Shown here: in pieces, positions 20,882-31,259 of the stretch | How the letters are laid out: each line of letters starts with the position of its first letter | Position numbering within the stretch: position 1 is the first letter of the stretch | Position numbers and translations under genes: made by a program | Notes under the pieces: generated by a model | Database searches by the model: none | Seen by the model: the letters and a program-made list of their open reading frames with translations, nothing else | What the model was told of the DNA's origin: nothing | NCBI GenBank assembly: GCA_020725385.1 | Contig: DYFC01000054.1 | Coordinates: 32,001-96,000, forward strand | Source: Nitrospira japonica | GTDB lineage: Bacteria > Nitrospirota > Thermodesulfovibrionia > Thermodesulfovibrionales > SM23-35 | Length of the DNA: 64,000 nt | Direction of reading: 5' to 3'

Positions 20882-22148
20882 AAAGAAAGTAGCTCTCATA
20901 TCATTTAATTGGGCAAACCATTTTTCACTTGCTCTCGGCTATCTTAAAGCATACGCCTTAAAAGATGATTTAATAAGACAGAATATTGATATAGAGATAA
21001 TTGATTTTGATACTGAAATTCTAAATGTTCAGCAGGTTATTTATTACTTATCACAAATAAGACCGGATCTGATAGGTTTTTCATGCTATTGCTGGAATAT
21101 TTTGAAAGTACTTGATACAGCACGAATAATCAAAAAATTATTTCCGGATACCAGGATTATTCTTGGCGGGCCTGAAGCAGGGCCTGCTGGGATAAAATAT
21201 CTTACAGAAAATCCATTTATTGATATTGTTGTAAAAGGAGAAGGTGAAATAACTTTTTCAGAGGTGCTCAGAAATTCTTTGAGCAATTCAAGCCTAAGGG
21301 AAATACCGGGTATTTTATTCAGACAAAATGAAAGCATTATTGAAAATCCTGACAGAGAACCAATTGAAAATTTGAGTGAAATTCCTTCTCCATATTTAGA
21401 GGGGATATTAACCCCAAAAGATAAAGTTACATATATTGAGACTTATCGAGGCTGTATTTTTAGATGTCATTATTGTTATGAAGGAAAGAACCTCCCAAAG
21501 CTTAGGTTTTTCCCTGAAGAAAGAGTAAAAAAAGAAATAGAATTAATATTGAGCAACCCTGATATAAAAAGTTTTCACTTCATTGATACAGTTTTTAATT
21601 TAAAGAAAGAAAGACTCGAAAGGCTTGCCAATATGATTGCCTCTGCTAATCGTTTCGGGAGTGAACTTAGAACCGTTGAGATTATTGCTGAATTTGTTGA
21701 CGAAGAAACTGTATCCATGTTTAAAAAAGCAAATGTTAAAAGTGTTGAAACAGGCCCTCAAACTGTAAATGAGGATACATTAAAAATTGTTAATAGATTT
21801 TACAAGAGAGAGAAGTTCGAAAAAGCAGTAAGACTTCTTGAACAAAATGGAATTGAAGTAACCTCTGATCTTATTATCGGTCTGCCTGGCGATAACTTTT
21901 TTAAGTTTGTTAACTCGGCAAAAACAATCATTAACATAAAGCCCTCAAATATTGTTTTCAGTATCTTGCATGTACTCCCTGGAACAATTCTTTATGAAAA
22001 GAGTGCAGAATTTAATTTAAAGTTTGATGATAAAGCACCTCATCTAATCCTTGAATCTCCTGGATTTCCTTATGAAGATATTGATACAGCAGTGATAATG
22101 GCATATAGCATAGACAAAGAATACAATGTTAAAAAACCTGATGGTTGA
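20871..22148 (+). CDS. B12-binding radical SAM protein (start revised to MNPKKK)
   Basis: Cobalamin-binding N-domain (LALGYL, IGFSCY, ILGGPE, GEGE); RGCIFRCHYC; DLIIGLPG. Confidence 0.9.
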   Translation: MNPKKKVALISFNWANHFSLALGYLKAYALKDDLIRQNIDIEIIDFDTEILNVQQVIYYLSQIRPDLIGFSCYCWNILKVLDTARIIKKLFPDTRIILGGPEAGPAGIKYLTENPFIDIVVKGEGEITFSEVLRNSLSNSSLREIPGILFRQNESIIENPDREPIENLSEIPSPYLEGILTPKDKVTYIETYRGCIFRCHYCYEGKNLPKLRFFPEERVKKEIELILSNPDIKSFHFIDTVFNLKKERLERLANMIASANRFGSELRTVEIIAEFVDEETVSMFKKANVKSVETGPQTVNEDTLKIVNRFYKREKFEKAVRLLEQNGIEVTSDLIIGLPGDNFFKFVNSAKTIINIKPSNIVFSILHVLPGTILYEKSAEFNLKFDDKAPHLILESPGFPYEDIDTAVIMAYSIDKEYNVKKPDG

Positions 22149-22200
22149 TGATATTTATATAAAATTTGCTTTTTTTATGTTAAAGTGTGTAAATAAGATT

Positions 22201-22368
22201 ATGAGCCCTGTATTAAAAATAAAAAATCATGATGAAAGAAAAGAATTGATCTTTGAATTGGAATATCTTTTATCTTTAACAACTCGTCAAAGATTTGAAA
22301 TGATGTTCAAAAAATCGGAAGAAATGAAAAAAAATGTTAAGAAAAAGTGGATACAGAAAAACTTCTAA
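22201..22368 (+). CDS. Small hypothetical protein, probable nucleotidyltransferase partner (may be frameshifted in the poly-A)
   Basis: MSPVLKIKNHDERKELIFELEYLLSLTTRQRFEMM; overlaps the start of an NTase remnant. Confidence 0.55.
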   Translation: MSPVLKIKNHDERKELIFELEYLLSLTTRQRFEMMFKKSEEMKKNVKKKWIQKNF

Positions 22369-22501
22369 AATTATTAAAAGAACATAAAGTTGACTTATTA
22401 AAATGAAGAAAGCGGCTGGTAGGGCAAAAGACATTGAAGATTTAAAGGTTTTAAAACAATTAAAAAGATTAAAAAAAACAAGCGATAATAAAATGAATTA
22501 A
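22347..22501 (+). pseudogene. Internally deleted nucleotidyltransferase remnant
   Basis: GTG-DTEKLLKLLKEHKVD joined out of frame to LIKMKKAAGRAKDIEDLKVL, i.e. only the two ends of a 14722-type NTase. Confidence 0.65.
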
Positions 22502-22508
22502 CTAAATT

Positions 22509-23189
22509 ATGAAACTTATATTATTTGACATAGATGGAACATTGATTGATTCTGGTGGAGCAGGAGTTCGCTCACTCAATCTTGCATTCAAAAAAGTTTT
22601 CTCTATTGAGAATGCATTTAAAGGTATCAGCATGGCTGGGAAAACAGATTCACAAATTATAAAGGAATGCTTGCAAAAACATGGCCTTTCAGAAAATGGA
22701 GAATTTGGAACAGTTATTGAAGCTTACTTATACCATCTAAGAATAGAAATTAATAACAATAAAAAACATGTTAAGCCGGGAATTTATGACATTTTAAATA
22801 GTTTAAGTCAAACAAAAAATGTTTCAACAGGTCTTCTTACAGGAAATATTGAAAAAGGTGCAAGAATAAAACTTGAACCTTTTAGACTTAATGAATTTTT
22901 TCCTACCGGTGCATTTGGTAGTGACCATGAGGATAGAAATCAACTTCTCCCGATTGCAGTAAAAAGGTTCACAAATCTTTATAAGACGGGTATAGACATA
23001 AAAAAATGCATGGTTATTGGTGACACTCCACGTGATGTTGAGTGTGCACATATTTATGGAGCTATTTCAATTGGTGTTGCAACAGGGCCTTACAGTATTG
23101 AAGAGCTTATTGAAGCAGGAGCGGATTATGTAGTACAGAACTTTTCTAAGCCTTATGATTTTTTAGAAACAATTTTTAATTTGATTTAA
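22509..23189 (+). CDS. HAD-superfamily hydrolase
   Basis: [21 protein letters not shown]. Confidence 0.92.
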   Translation: MKLILFDIDGTLIDSGGAGVRSLNLAFKKVFSIENAFKGISMAGKTDSQIIKECLQKHGLSENGEFGTVIEAYLYHLRIEINNNKKHVKPGIYDILNSLSQTKNVSTGLLTGNIEKGARIKLEPFRLNEFFPTGAFGSDHEDRNQLLPIAVKRFTNLYKTGIDIKKCMVIGDTPRDVECAHIYGAISIGVATGPYSIEELIEAGADYVVQNFSKPYDFLETIFNLI

Positions 23190-24027
23190 AAAGCTTTTTG
23201 ATTTTTTCAAGAATAGTTGTTTGAACTTTAACTTTCAAATACAAATCCCCTGATTCATCACCGTGCTCGCCACCCTTTCCCATACCTTTAAGTTTTATCT
23301 TTTGACCTTCTTTTATACCGGCTGGAATTTTTATCATTATTTGGCGAGGATTGTCAGGATTAGAATAAAAGTAACTGACTTTGCCGCCTGCTAAAGCGAT
23401 TTTCGGAGAAATAGTGATTTCATCTTCAATATCTTTTACTTTTCCTGGTATCTCAAGACCGTATTTCTTTGCCAGGTTTTTCTGCATCGCTTTGATACCC
23501 TTAAGCAAGATTTTTGATAAAAAAGAAGGATTATTGTTTTCGATGTGTTCTGTTTTATATTGACGGTTTTTTAAAATATCTTCATATGGTCTTGATATAT
23601 TTCCAAAAAAGAAAAATCCTTTTCCTGTAAATCCAGGACCTTTAAACTGGAAAGTTCTGAACTGGTCCCCGTAAAAATTACTTTGTGTAAAAATATCTTC
23701 AGGTCTATTGAATCCAAATGCTCTACTAAATTCAGCAAAGATTTGATTAATATCAGAACCCCTGAATATATCCTGTTCAGAATAAGTCTGCCTGAATTTA
23801 TCCCTTGCATTGAATCCAAAATTATGCCTATAAAAATCGTACTCTTTTCTCTTTTTTTCGTCGGAAAGTACGGCATAAGCTTCGTTGAGTTCTTTCATCA
23901 TTTCTTCATTGCCCGGATTTTTATCTGGATGATATTGGAAAGCAAGTTTACGGTAAGTCTTCTTTATTTCTTCAAAAGAAGCGTTTTCACTTACACCAAG
24001 AATTTTGTAATAATCCTTCTGTTCCAT
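23176..24027 (-). CDS. DnaJ/CbpA-like J-domain protein
   Basis: [20 protein letters not shown]; C-terminal KIPAG...GDLY; no zinc finger. Confidence 0.9.
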   Translation of the reverse strand: MEQKDYYKILGVSENASFEEIKKTYRKLAFQYHPDKNPGNEEMMKELNEAYAVLSDEKKRKEYDFYRHNFGFNARDKFRQTYSEQDIFRGSDINQIFAEFSRAFGFNRPEDIFTQSNFYGDQFRTFQFKGPGFTGKGFFFFGNISRPYEDILKNRQYKTEHIENNNPSFLSKILLKGIKAMQKNLAKKYGLEIPGKVKDIEDEITISPKIALAGGKVSYFYSNPDNPRQIMIKIPAGIKEGQKIKLKGMGKGGEHGDESGDLYLKVKVQTTILEKIKKLFKSN

Positions 24028-24097
24028 GTAATTTTATTTTACCTGAAAAATGCGGACTTAAAACAGAACATAAAAAAATGCGGACATTAAAAATTGG

Positions 24098-24129
24098 TAG
24101 CTTACCAGCTTGATAGCTTGAAAGCTTTA
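24098..24129. repeat. Octamer tandem repeat (AGCTT core, 4x)
   Basis: tagcttac-cagcttga-tagcttga-aagcttta. Confidence 0.65.
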
Positions 24130-24966
24130 TAAACTTAGTTTTTCGGGGGAATAACCAACTATAGAAATACAGGCCTTCTGGGCTTCTTTTATAAAAAGTT
24201 CTTTTGAAAGGATTAGACTTTTATTAGCTTCTACTGCAAGTACACTCCCGCCGTATTCTTTTATTACATTTAATGTCTGTAAGCCTACAGCAGGAACATC
24301 AAATCTCATATCTTGCTCGGGTTTACTGACTTTTACAACTACTGCTCCTTTACCCGCAAGCTTACATCCTCTTTTAATGGCTTCATCAGTTCCTTCTATT
24401 GCTTCAACTGCCATGACAGCGCAATTTTTTATGACTACTGTCTGACCTATATCAAGTCTTCCAATTTCTTTTGCAATTTTCCATCCAAATTCAATGTCTT
24501 TCCATTCCTCTTTTGTGGGTTTGTTTTTAGTCAGTATTCCTTCAGGCATTAAAATCTTTGTACTAAACTGAGTTATCTCAAGAAGTTTAATTCCTTCATT
24601 TGCAAGTTCATTAGTAATCGCAATCAAAATAGAATCATCTTTTCTGTCTTTAAGAGAAAAGAGAAGTTTTACAGCTCTTAAATCAGGTGTGATTTTGCTT
24701 TTATAAAGAAGTGATTTTGAGACTTTTCCTGCCATAACAGCTTCAGAAATTCCTGCTTTTTTTAAGGTCTCAATAAGTTTACCAAATTTTCCAACATTAA
24801 CCCATTTTATTTCATCAACATATTTTGCAAGAGATTCGTCTGCCAAAGATTCAAGAGCAGCAGCAAAGACTGAATATCCCTGTGACTTTGCTTCAACAGC
24901 AATCGCAGCAGGAAGTTCACCATTACCAGCAATGATACCGAGTTTTTTAGATGATTCGCTTTGCAT
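24127..24966 (-). CDS. lpxI: UDP-2,3-diacylglucosamine diphosphatase
   Basis: GIIAGNGELP, DIGQTVV, AVEAIEGTD, KPEQDMRFDVP; follows lpxA. Confidence 0.93.
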   Translation of the reverse strand: MQSESSKKLGIIAGNGELPAAIAVEAKSQGYSVFAAALESLADESLAKYVDEIKWVNVGKFGKLIETLKKAGISEAVMAGKVSKSLLYKSKITPDLRAVKLLFSLKDRKDDSILIAITNELANEGIKLLEITQFSTKILMPEGILTKNKPTKEEWKDIEFGWKIAKEIGRLDIGQTVVIKNCAVMAVEAIEGTDEAIKRGCKLAGKGAVVVKVSKPEQDMRFDVPAVGLQTLNVIKEYGGSVLAVEANKSLILSKELFIKEAQKACISIVGYSPEKLSL

Positions 24967-24967
24967 T

Positions 24968-25002
24968 CTTTACTCTCTGCTCTATGCTCTTCGCTCTACG
25001 CT
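24968..25002. repeat. Intergenic heptamer tandem repeat
   Basis: ctttact-ctctgct-ctatgct-cttcgct-ctacgct. Confidence 0.75.
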
Positions 25003-25058
25003 TTTTTTACATGTTTACTATGGTGACCACAATCGATAGGTCATAGAATTTTTTAAAA

Positions 25059-25850
25059 TTAGTCTTCCTGTTTTCTACAAATCCCGCGTTTATTTTTTTG
25101 TATAAATTCAATTAAATGTTTAATCTCATCCGTATAGGGTAATTCTTCCTGCACTTTTTTAATAGCTTCTTTTAATGTATGTTTTTCCCTGAAAATAATT
25201 TTATAAGCCTTTTTGAGTTCGCTTATTGTCTGCTCTGAAAAGCCATGACGTTTCAATCCAATTGTATTCAAGCCATAGAGTCTTACTCTTGCACCTGAAG
25301 CAATTGTATATGGCGGAATATCCTGATTGATTCCGCTAAAACCGCCTACCATTGCATATGCTCCAATCCTTGTAAATTGATGAATCGCAGCAAGGCCACC
25401 TATTACAGCGTAATCTTCAACCTGAACATGTCCACCCAATGTAGCTACGTTTGCCATTATAATATTATTCCCGATCTTACAATCGTGTGCGATATGAACA
25501 TAAGCCATTAAAAAATTATTGTTGCCGATTGTTGTTACACCGTCTCCGGATACCGATGCTCTGTGAATAGTGATATATTCTCGAATTGTATTATTATTAC
25601 CAATCTTAACAGATGTTTTTTCACCTTTATATTTTAAATCCTGAGGAGGCAATCCAATACTTGTAAAAGGATATATGGTGCAATTTTCGCCTATTTCAAC
25701 ATTGCTTTCTATTACAACATTTGAGATAAGCTTTGTGCCCTTTTTTATATAGGCTCCTTCATTTACAATGCAGAATGGACCAATATTGACTTCATCTTCT
25801 ATTTCTGCATGAGTATTAATAATAGCAGTGGGATGAATTTCTTTTGGCAT
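25059..25850 (-). CDS. lpxA: UDP-N-acetylglucosamine O-acyltransferase
   Basis: IHPTA, PQDLKYKGE, IREYITIHR, HIAHDC, hexapeptide repeats. Confidence 0.97.
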   Translation of the reverse strand: MPKEIHPTAIINTHAEIEDEVNIGPFCIVNEGAYIKKGTKLISNVVIESNVEIGENCTIYPFTSIGLPPQDLKYKGEKTSVKIGNNNTIREYITIHRASVSGDGVTTIGNNNFLMAYVHIAHDCKIGNNIIMANVATLGGHVQVEDYAVIGGLAAIHQFTRIGAYAMVGGFSGINQDIPPYTIASGARVRLYGLNTIGLKRHGFSEQTISELKKAYKIIFREKHTLKEAIKKVQEELPYTDEIKHLIEFIQKNKRGICRKQED

Positions 25851-25853
25851 ATT

Positions 25854-26288
25854 TTATATCTCCTTATCTGTAACCATAGCTGTAAATTCTGCTTCTGCAG
25901 CAATTTTATCATCAACTATCGCATTTCCTGTAAATTTCCAGACCTGACTTCTCTGGTGTAATATACTAACTTCAAGTTTCAATTGGTCGCCCGGAACAAC
26001 TGGCTTTCTGAATTTAGCTTTCTCAATAGTCATAAAATAAACTGTCTTGCCAGGGGTAACACCCGAACGAAAAGCCAGAATTCCGCCAACCTGGGCAAGG
26101 GCTTCTATAATCAAAACACCCGGCATGATTGGATTGCCTGGGAAATGACCCTGAAAAAATCCTTCATTTATAGTAACATTTTTTATTCCAACAGCTCTTT
26201 TGCCCGGTTCAAGTTCAATAATTTTATCAACCAGCAAAAAGGGATAACGATGCGGTAAAAGTTCTTGAATTTCTTTTGTATTAATCAT
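25854..26288 (-). CDS. fabZ: 3-hydroxyacyl-ACP dehydratase
   Basis: [24 protein letters not shown]. Confidence 0.98.
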   Translation of the reverse strand: MINTKEIQELLPHRYPFLLVDKIIELEPGKRAVGIKNVTINEGFFQGHFPGNPIMPGVLIIEALAQVGGILAFRSGVTPGKTVYFMTIEKAKFRKPVVPGDQLKLEVSILHQRSQVWKFTGNAIVDDKIAAEAEFTAMVTDKEI

Positions 26289-27307
26289 GGATTATTCCTC
26301 CCTTCAAGTTCTTTGAGCTTATCTTCCAGTTCCTTTATTTTTTTATGCATTTCAGGAAGTTTCGCAAAAATTGTCTGCGCTTTGAGCCACTCTCTATGTG
26401 GTAAGGCAGGGGAACCTGAATAAACACCTTTTGGTACATTTCCCATAATTCCTGATTGTGCACCAATCATTGTCTGGGATTCAATTTTTGCATGATCAGC
26501 TACGCCGACCTGACCGCCGAGTGTTACATAATCTCCAATTTCAGTACTGCCAGCTATCCCAACCTGGGCAATTATCAATGAATTCGAGCCAATTTTTACA
26601 TTGTGAGCTATTTGGGAAAGGTTATCAATCTTTGTCCCTTTACCTATTATTGTGTTTCCCAAGGTTGCTCTGTCAATTGATACATTTGAGCCAATTTCAA
26701 CATCATCTTCGATGATAACACCACCTACTTGAGGGATTTTGTTGTGAACTCCATTATCAAATACATAACCAAAACCATCTGAGCCTATGACTGTGCCTGA
26801 ATGAATAATTACTTTATTGCCAATTTCGATATTTTCTCTAACAGTAACATTTGGGTATATCAAACAGTTGTTGCCTATTTTTGTATTTTCTCCTATATAT
26901 ACAAAAGGGTATATAATCGTTTCATCTCCAATAACAGCGCCTTCACTTATGAAAACAGATGGGAAAATAGTCACATTATTACCAATAGTAGCTTTATCAG
27001 AGATAATTGCTGATTTACTAATTCCTTTATGAATGAATGGTTTTACATAGAAGAACTCAAGAAGTTTTGCAAAGGCAAGATAGGGATTTGAAACTTTTAG
27101 CTGAGAAATGGAGATACCTTCAACTGGTTCTTTTACGATTAATGCCGATGCTTTGCAATTACCAATTTCTTTGAGATATTTCTTAGATGATATAAAAGTT
27201 ATATCACCCGGCTTAGCATCAAGTATCCCAGAGACGCCTGTGATTTCGAGTTCATGGTCTCCAAAGATTTCTCCGTTTACTAATTTTGCAATATCTTCAA
27301 GCTTCAT
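26285..27307 (-). CDS. lpxD: UDP-3-O-acylglucosamine N-acyltransferase
   Basis: [27 protein letters not shown]. Confidence 0.97.
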   Translation of the reverse strand: MKLEDIAKLVNGEIFGDHELEITGVSGILDAKPGDITFISSKKYLKEIGNCKASALIVKEPVEGISISQLKVSNPYLAFAKLLEFFYVKPFIHKGISKSAIISDKATIGNNVTIFPSVFISEGAVIGDETIIYPFVYIGENTKIGNNCLIYPNVTVRENIEIGNKVIIHSGTVIGSDGFGYVFDNGVHNKIPQVGGVIIEDDVEIGSNVSIDRATLGNTIIGKGTKIDNLSQIAHNVKIGSNSLIIAQVGIAGSTEIGDYVTLGGQVGVADHAKIESQTMIGAQSGIMGNVPKGVYSGSPALPHREWLKAQTIFAKLPEMHKKIKELEDKLKELEGRNNP

Positions 27308-27324
27308 AAGTAAGAAATTACCTT

Positions 27325-28122
27325 TTATTTTTGAGGATTTTTTTCAATACCTGATGGAACAGGTTTTTTAGTTTCATCGTATTTTTTTATGAATAAATCC
27401 GTTATATCTATTTTTTCGTCTCCGTACAAGATTTGACCTTTATCGAGTATCAAAGTATATTTTTCTTTTTCGCCAATAATACTTGATAATGTTAGAATTT
27501 CATGAAGCATATTGGTATAGAGTTCATCATATTTAGATTCGAGTTCTTTTTCAGAGTCCTGTCCGAATCTTTCAAGCTCTGTCTCGAGTCTGTCTATTTC
27601 TTCAAATTTTTTCTTCAAAGCAGCTTCAGTTAAACCAGCTTTCTGAATCTCAAGATTAAACCTTAGATTATCAATAGATTTTCTCTTTTCATCGATGACT
27701 TCCTGTTTTAATTTAGCCAAAGAATTATATTCATCAGTTGCTTTTCTACCTGCAATGGACTCTTCGGCAACTTTCTGCAAATCAATAACTCCGAGTTTAA
27801 ATATATCCTCTGCTGTAATTTCAGATTCCTTTTTTATTTGCGATTCTTTTAATGGTGATTCAGCAGGTTTTTCAGATGGTTCAATGATTTCTGTTTTAGA
27901 TGGATGTTCTTCAATAACTTCTTTCATTTGTACGGGTGGTTCTTGTACTTTTACATTTTCTACTTTAGTAGTCTCTTTTGGAGCTTCCAAGATAACATTA
28001 GTTTCAACAGGTTTCTTGCTTTTGGAAGAACAACCTGATGAAAGCAAACTCAAGCTTAGAAATATTATTAATGCTGCAAATATATTCATTATTGTTTTAT
28101 TTTTCTTAAAATTAAATCTCAT
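27325..28122 (-). CDS. OmpH/Skp-domain lipoprotein
   Basis: Lipobox LSSGC, P/E/K-rich linker, then [10 protein letters not shown]...YTLILD...DITD Skp domain. Confidence 0.8.
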   Translation of the reverse strand: MRFNFKKNKTIMNIFAALIIFLSLSLLSSGCSSKSKKPVETNVILEAPKETTKVENVKVQEPPVQMKEVIEEHPSKTEIIEPSEKPAESPLKESQIKKESEITAEDIFKLGVIDLQKVAEESIAGRKATDEYNSLAKLKQEVIDEKRKSIDNLRFNLEIQKAGLTEAALKKKFEEIDRLETELERFGQDSEKELESKYDELYTNMLHEILTLSSIIGEKEKYTLILDKGQILYGDEKIDITDLFIKKYDETKKPVPSGIEKNPQK

Positions 28123-28206
28123 AGTTTAAAAATAGAAAGTAATAAAGTATGCGGCTTGATAATGCATTTATTGTTCTCAAAACGTGAAACGTAACAACTA
28201 ATATAC

Positions 28207-28333
28207 TGTCATTCTGTGTCCCTCTGGTTAATCCAAAGGTAGATTTTACTTGAGGAACCGATCATACCACAACTTGATTGTGGTATCCAGAGAAAAGAGC
28301 TTCTAGATTACCCGATTAAATCGGGTAATGACA
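28207..28333. repeat. REP/RPE-like palindromic element (TGTCAT...ATGACA ends)
   Basis: Hairpins ataccacaa-cttga-ttgtggtat and attacccgat-taa-atcgggtaat; 5' part resembles the 54291-54343 element. Confidence 0.8.
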
Positions 28334-28388
28334 AATTGGAACACGGTATCGACATTTCAAATAACATTTTACTAGTTTATTTTGAATT

Positions 28389-28910
28389 CTATTTCTTTAG
28401 TTCATTGAATTTCTTGAGTACTGTGTCTGTAATATCAATAACTTTGTTTGAGTAAAGTATTACAGTTGCAGGAAGAATCAGGGTGTAATCTCCTTCTTTG
28501 CCAATTTTCTGTATGATATTAACAAGGTCATTTAATATTGAATTTTCCATTTCTCTCTGTTTTTTTGCAAGTTCTGCCTCTGAATCAGAAACAAATCTTC
28601 TAATATCTCTATCCATTTTTTCGAGTTCTTCGACCTTTGACTTTTTTGCTTCATCAGAGAGAATGTTTTGTTGTTTCTTTAATTCTTCGTCAAGTTTCTT
28701 TGCAGTGTTTACCATTTTTTCGAGTTCTTTTTCTTTTGATGATTTTAGTGATTCAAGAGTGCTTCTTACTTTTTTGGATTCATCAGATTGCTCTAATACT
28801 TTTTGAATATCAACATAACCTATTTTTATCATATCTGCTGCAGAAGCAAAACTACATAAGAATAAAGAAATAATAATTGATGTGCATAACAAAAGTTTTC
28901 TATTTTTCAT
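28389..28910 (-). CDS. skp: Periplasmic chaperone Skp/OmpH
   Basis: Signal peptide, KIGYVDIQKV, coiled coil, DITDTV; directly after bamA. Confidence 0.9.
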   Translation of the reverse strand: MKNRKLLLCTSIIISLFLCSFASAADMIKIGYVDIQKVLEQSDESKKVRSTLESLKSSKEKELEKMVNTAKKLDEELKKQQNILSDEAKKSKVEELEKMDRDIRRFVSDSEAELAKKQREMENSILNDLVNIIQKIGKEGDYTLILPATVILYSNKVIDITDTVLKKFNELKK

Positions 28911-28928
28911 TTTTCCTCCTGAAAAAAA

Positions 28929-31187
28929 TTAAAAGAATGTTCCGAATGCAAATTCGAATCTGCTTGATTCTTCGCCGGGTTTTTTATCAATATTGTAACC
29001 CCATTCAAGCCTTATTGGTCCCATTGGAGAGATCCATCTAACACCAAGGCCTGTTGTATATCTTAATTTACCAAAATCATGCATTTTATCATACGCATTT
29101 CCTGCATCAAAGAATGTCACACCCTTTAGCCTTATTTCACTAACGAGCGGGAAAATATATTCAATATTAAAGATTAGTTCTTCTGTTCCACCAATAAGAT
29201 CGCCTTCTTTGGATGTGTCTTCAACTTTTCCTCTTGGTCCTGCTTCTCCGTATCCAAGACCTCTGATAGTATAAATACCTCCGACATAAAATCTTTCATA
29301 CAAAGGCAATTCTTTTCCACCAAGTCCTCTTGCGTAACCAAATCTTCCTCTAAACATTACTGATGTACTCCCAATGGGGAAATACCAAGCTGAATCAATC
29401 TCGCTTTTTACAAAATTATTAGTCCCGCCTATGCCTGCATAGGTTACATATAAAGAATTTCTTGAGCCTCTTGAAGGGTCAAGATAATTATCTCTTGAAT
29501 CTCTTGTAACAGAAGGTGTAATGCTACTTGTTGTTCTTGTTCCTTTCTGATCCTTTACTATAGAAGAAGCATCATCGGATATATTTGATATTTTTGCTTT
29601 TTCAAAATTATAAGAAATATCTCCAGCCCAGTATTCAGAGAATCTTTTACCGAAAGATATCCCAAAACCAGTTGCATTTTTATCATAATCTATGTAATTT
29701 CGACTTATTTTATATATATTTGTTGAAAATGTAAGGGGCTTATCAAGAAACCAAGGATCTCTAAAAGAAATGTCGTAATAATTTGTTCTTCCACCAAGTT
29801 CTGCTCTTAGTTTAATATATTGTCCTCTTCCGAAAAGATTACCCTGAGATAATTCTGCCATTGCGATAAATTTTTCAACAGAACTATATCCACCACCAAT
29901 ACTGAAAAAGCCTGTTGGTCTTTCTTTTACTTTTACGTCTAAATCAACAATCTTTTCTTCTGGCTGTGGTTTTGGTATCAATTCAACTGTCTCAAAATAA
30001 TTTAGATTATTGATTCTTTCATAACTTCTTTTAATTAACGCACTATTAAAGGTATCACCTTCATCGAGCCTTATTTCCCGTCTAATGACTTTATCCCTGG
30101 TTTTTGTGTTCCCTATTATTTCGATTCTTCCAATTTTATATTTATCTCCTTCGTCTATTTTCAAGCCGAGTTTTAAAGTTTTAGTAGCATCATCCGGGAA
30201 AAGTTCTGGGGATACTGAAACCATTGCATATCCATTTTCAGTGTATTGCTCGGAAATAGAAATTATGTCTTTTCTTAACATCTCTTTACTGAAAGGTTTA
30301 TCGATTGCCATTTTCAGACGTTTTCTTAATATATCTTCATTGAATACTTTATTGCCCGACAAAGAAATTGAAGAGACCTTGTATTGTTCTCCTTCTGAAA
30401 CAGGTATGGAAATATTCATCCCCTTTTTATCATCTGTAAGACTTATTTTCGGCTCACCAATTGTAATCTTGATATAGCCATTGTTTAGATAAAAGTCCCT
30501 TATTTTTTCGATGTCCATATCCATCCGCTCTTTTTGGAAATAGCCTGATGAGGTAATAAAAGAGAAAAGCCACCATTCTTTTGTATCCATCTGTTTTTTA
30601 ATTTTGCTATCACTGAAAACTTTATTGCCTTCGATGTCAATTTTCTTAATGCGAACTTTTGAACCTTCTGTTATCTGATAGGTAAGGCTTACTTCGTCTT
30701 GGTTTATTATCCTAATTACGGGGACTATTTGAGAAAGCCAGTAGCCTTCTTCTTCATAAAATGCTCTTATTTTATTTGCATTGTCCTGTATTAAAACAGA
30801 GTCTGCTATTGCGCCTGCTGTAATATTTATTTTTTCTTTAATCTTATCATCATCAAATTCTTTATTGCCCTGAAAATCTATTTTTATAATTGTTGGTTTT
30901 TCTCTGACAACATAAATTAATTTGATTCCACCTTCAAAAGAATCAATTTCAGCTCTTACATCATCAAAATATCCCATTTTGAAAATGGCCTTAATATCAT
31001 CATTTGTCTTATCCTGCGACAAAGGTTCTCCTGCTTTCTGGGATATTTTTGCCTTAACAGAAGACTCCTCGATTCTTTTAAGACCTTTAATTTCAATAGA
31101 ATTAATGAGAGGTTGTGCCTCTGCAAAAAGTAATGCAGGTATGGCTAAAATTGCAATCAGGATAATTAATATTTTTTTATAACACAT
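28929..31187 (-). CDS. bamA: Outer membrane protein assembly factor
   Basis: POTRA repeats, GNTKTRDKVIRRE, IRG motif, SPMGPIRL, terminal Phe. Confidence 0.97.
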   Translation of the reverse strand: MCYKKILIILIAILAIPALLFAEAQPLINSIEIKGLKRIEESSVKAKISQKAGEPLSQDKTNDDIKAIFKMGYFDDVRAEIDSFEGGIKLIYVVREKPTIIKIDFQGNKEFDDDKIKEKINITAGAIADSVLIQDNANKIRAFYEEEGYWLSQIVPVIRIINQDEVSLTYQITEGSKVRIKKIDIEGNKVFSDSKIKKQMDTKEWWLFSFITSSGYFQKERMDMDIEKIRDFYLNNGYIKITIGEPKISLTDDKKGMNISIPVSEGEQYKVSSISLSGNKVFNEDILRKRLKMAIDKPFSKEMLRKDIISISEQYTENGYAMVSVSPELFPDDATKTLKLGLKIDEGDKYKIGRIEIIGNTKTRDKVIRREIRLDEGDTFNSALIKRSYERINNLNYFETVELIPKPQPEEKIVDLDVKVKERPTGFFSIGGGYSSVEKFIAMAELSQGNLFGRGQYIKLRAELGGRTNYYDISFRDPWFLDKPLTFSTNIYKISRNYIDYDKNATGFGISFGKRFSEYWAGDISYNFEKAKISNISDDASSIVKDQKGTRTTSSITPSVTRDSRDNYLDPSRGSRNSLYVTYAGIGGTNNFVKSEIDSAWYFPIGSTSVMFRGRFGYARGLGGKELPLYERFYVGGIYTIRGLGYGEAGPRGKVEDTSKEGDLIGGTEELIFNIEYIFPLVSEIRLKGVTFFDAGNAYDKMHDFGKLRYTTGLGVRWISPMGPIRLEWGYNIDKKPGEESSRFEFAFGTFF

Positions 31188-31259
31188 ACAATCAATTTTT
31201 AAGTATTATAGATTCAAAAAGTATAGCATAAAAAGTATGACAATTTATAGAGATATTTT

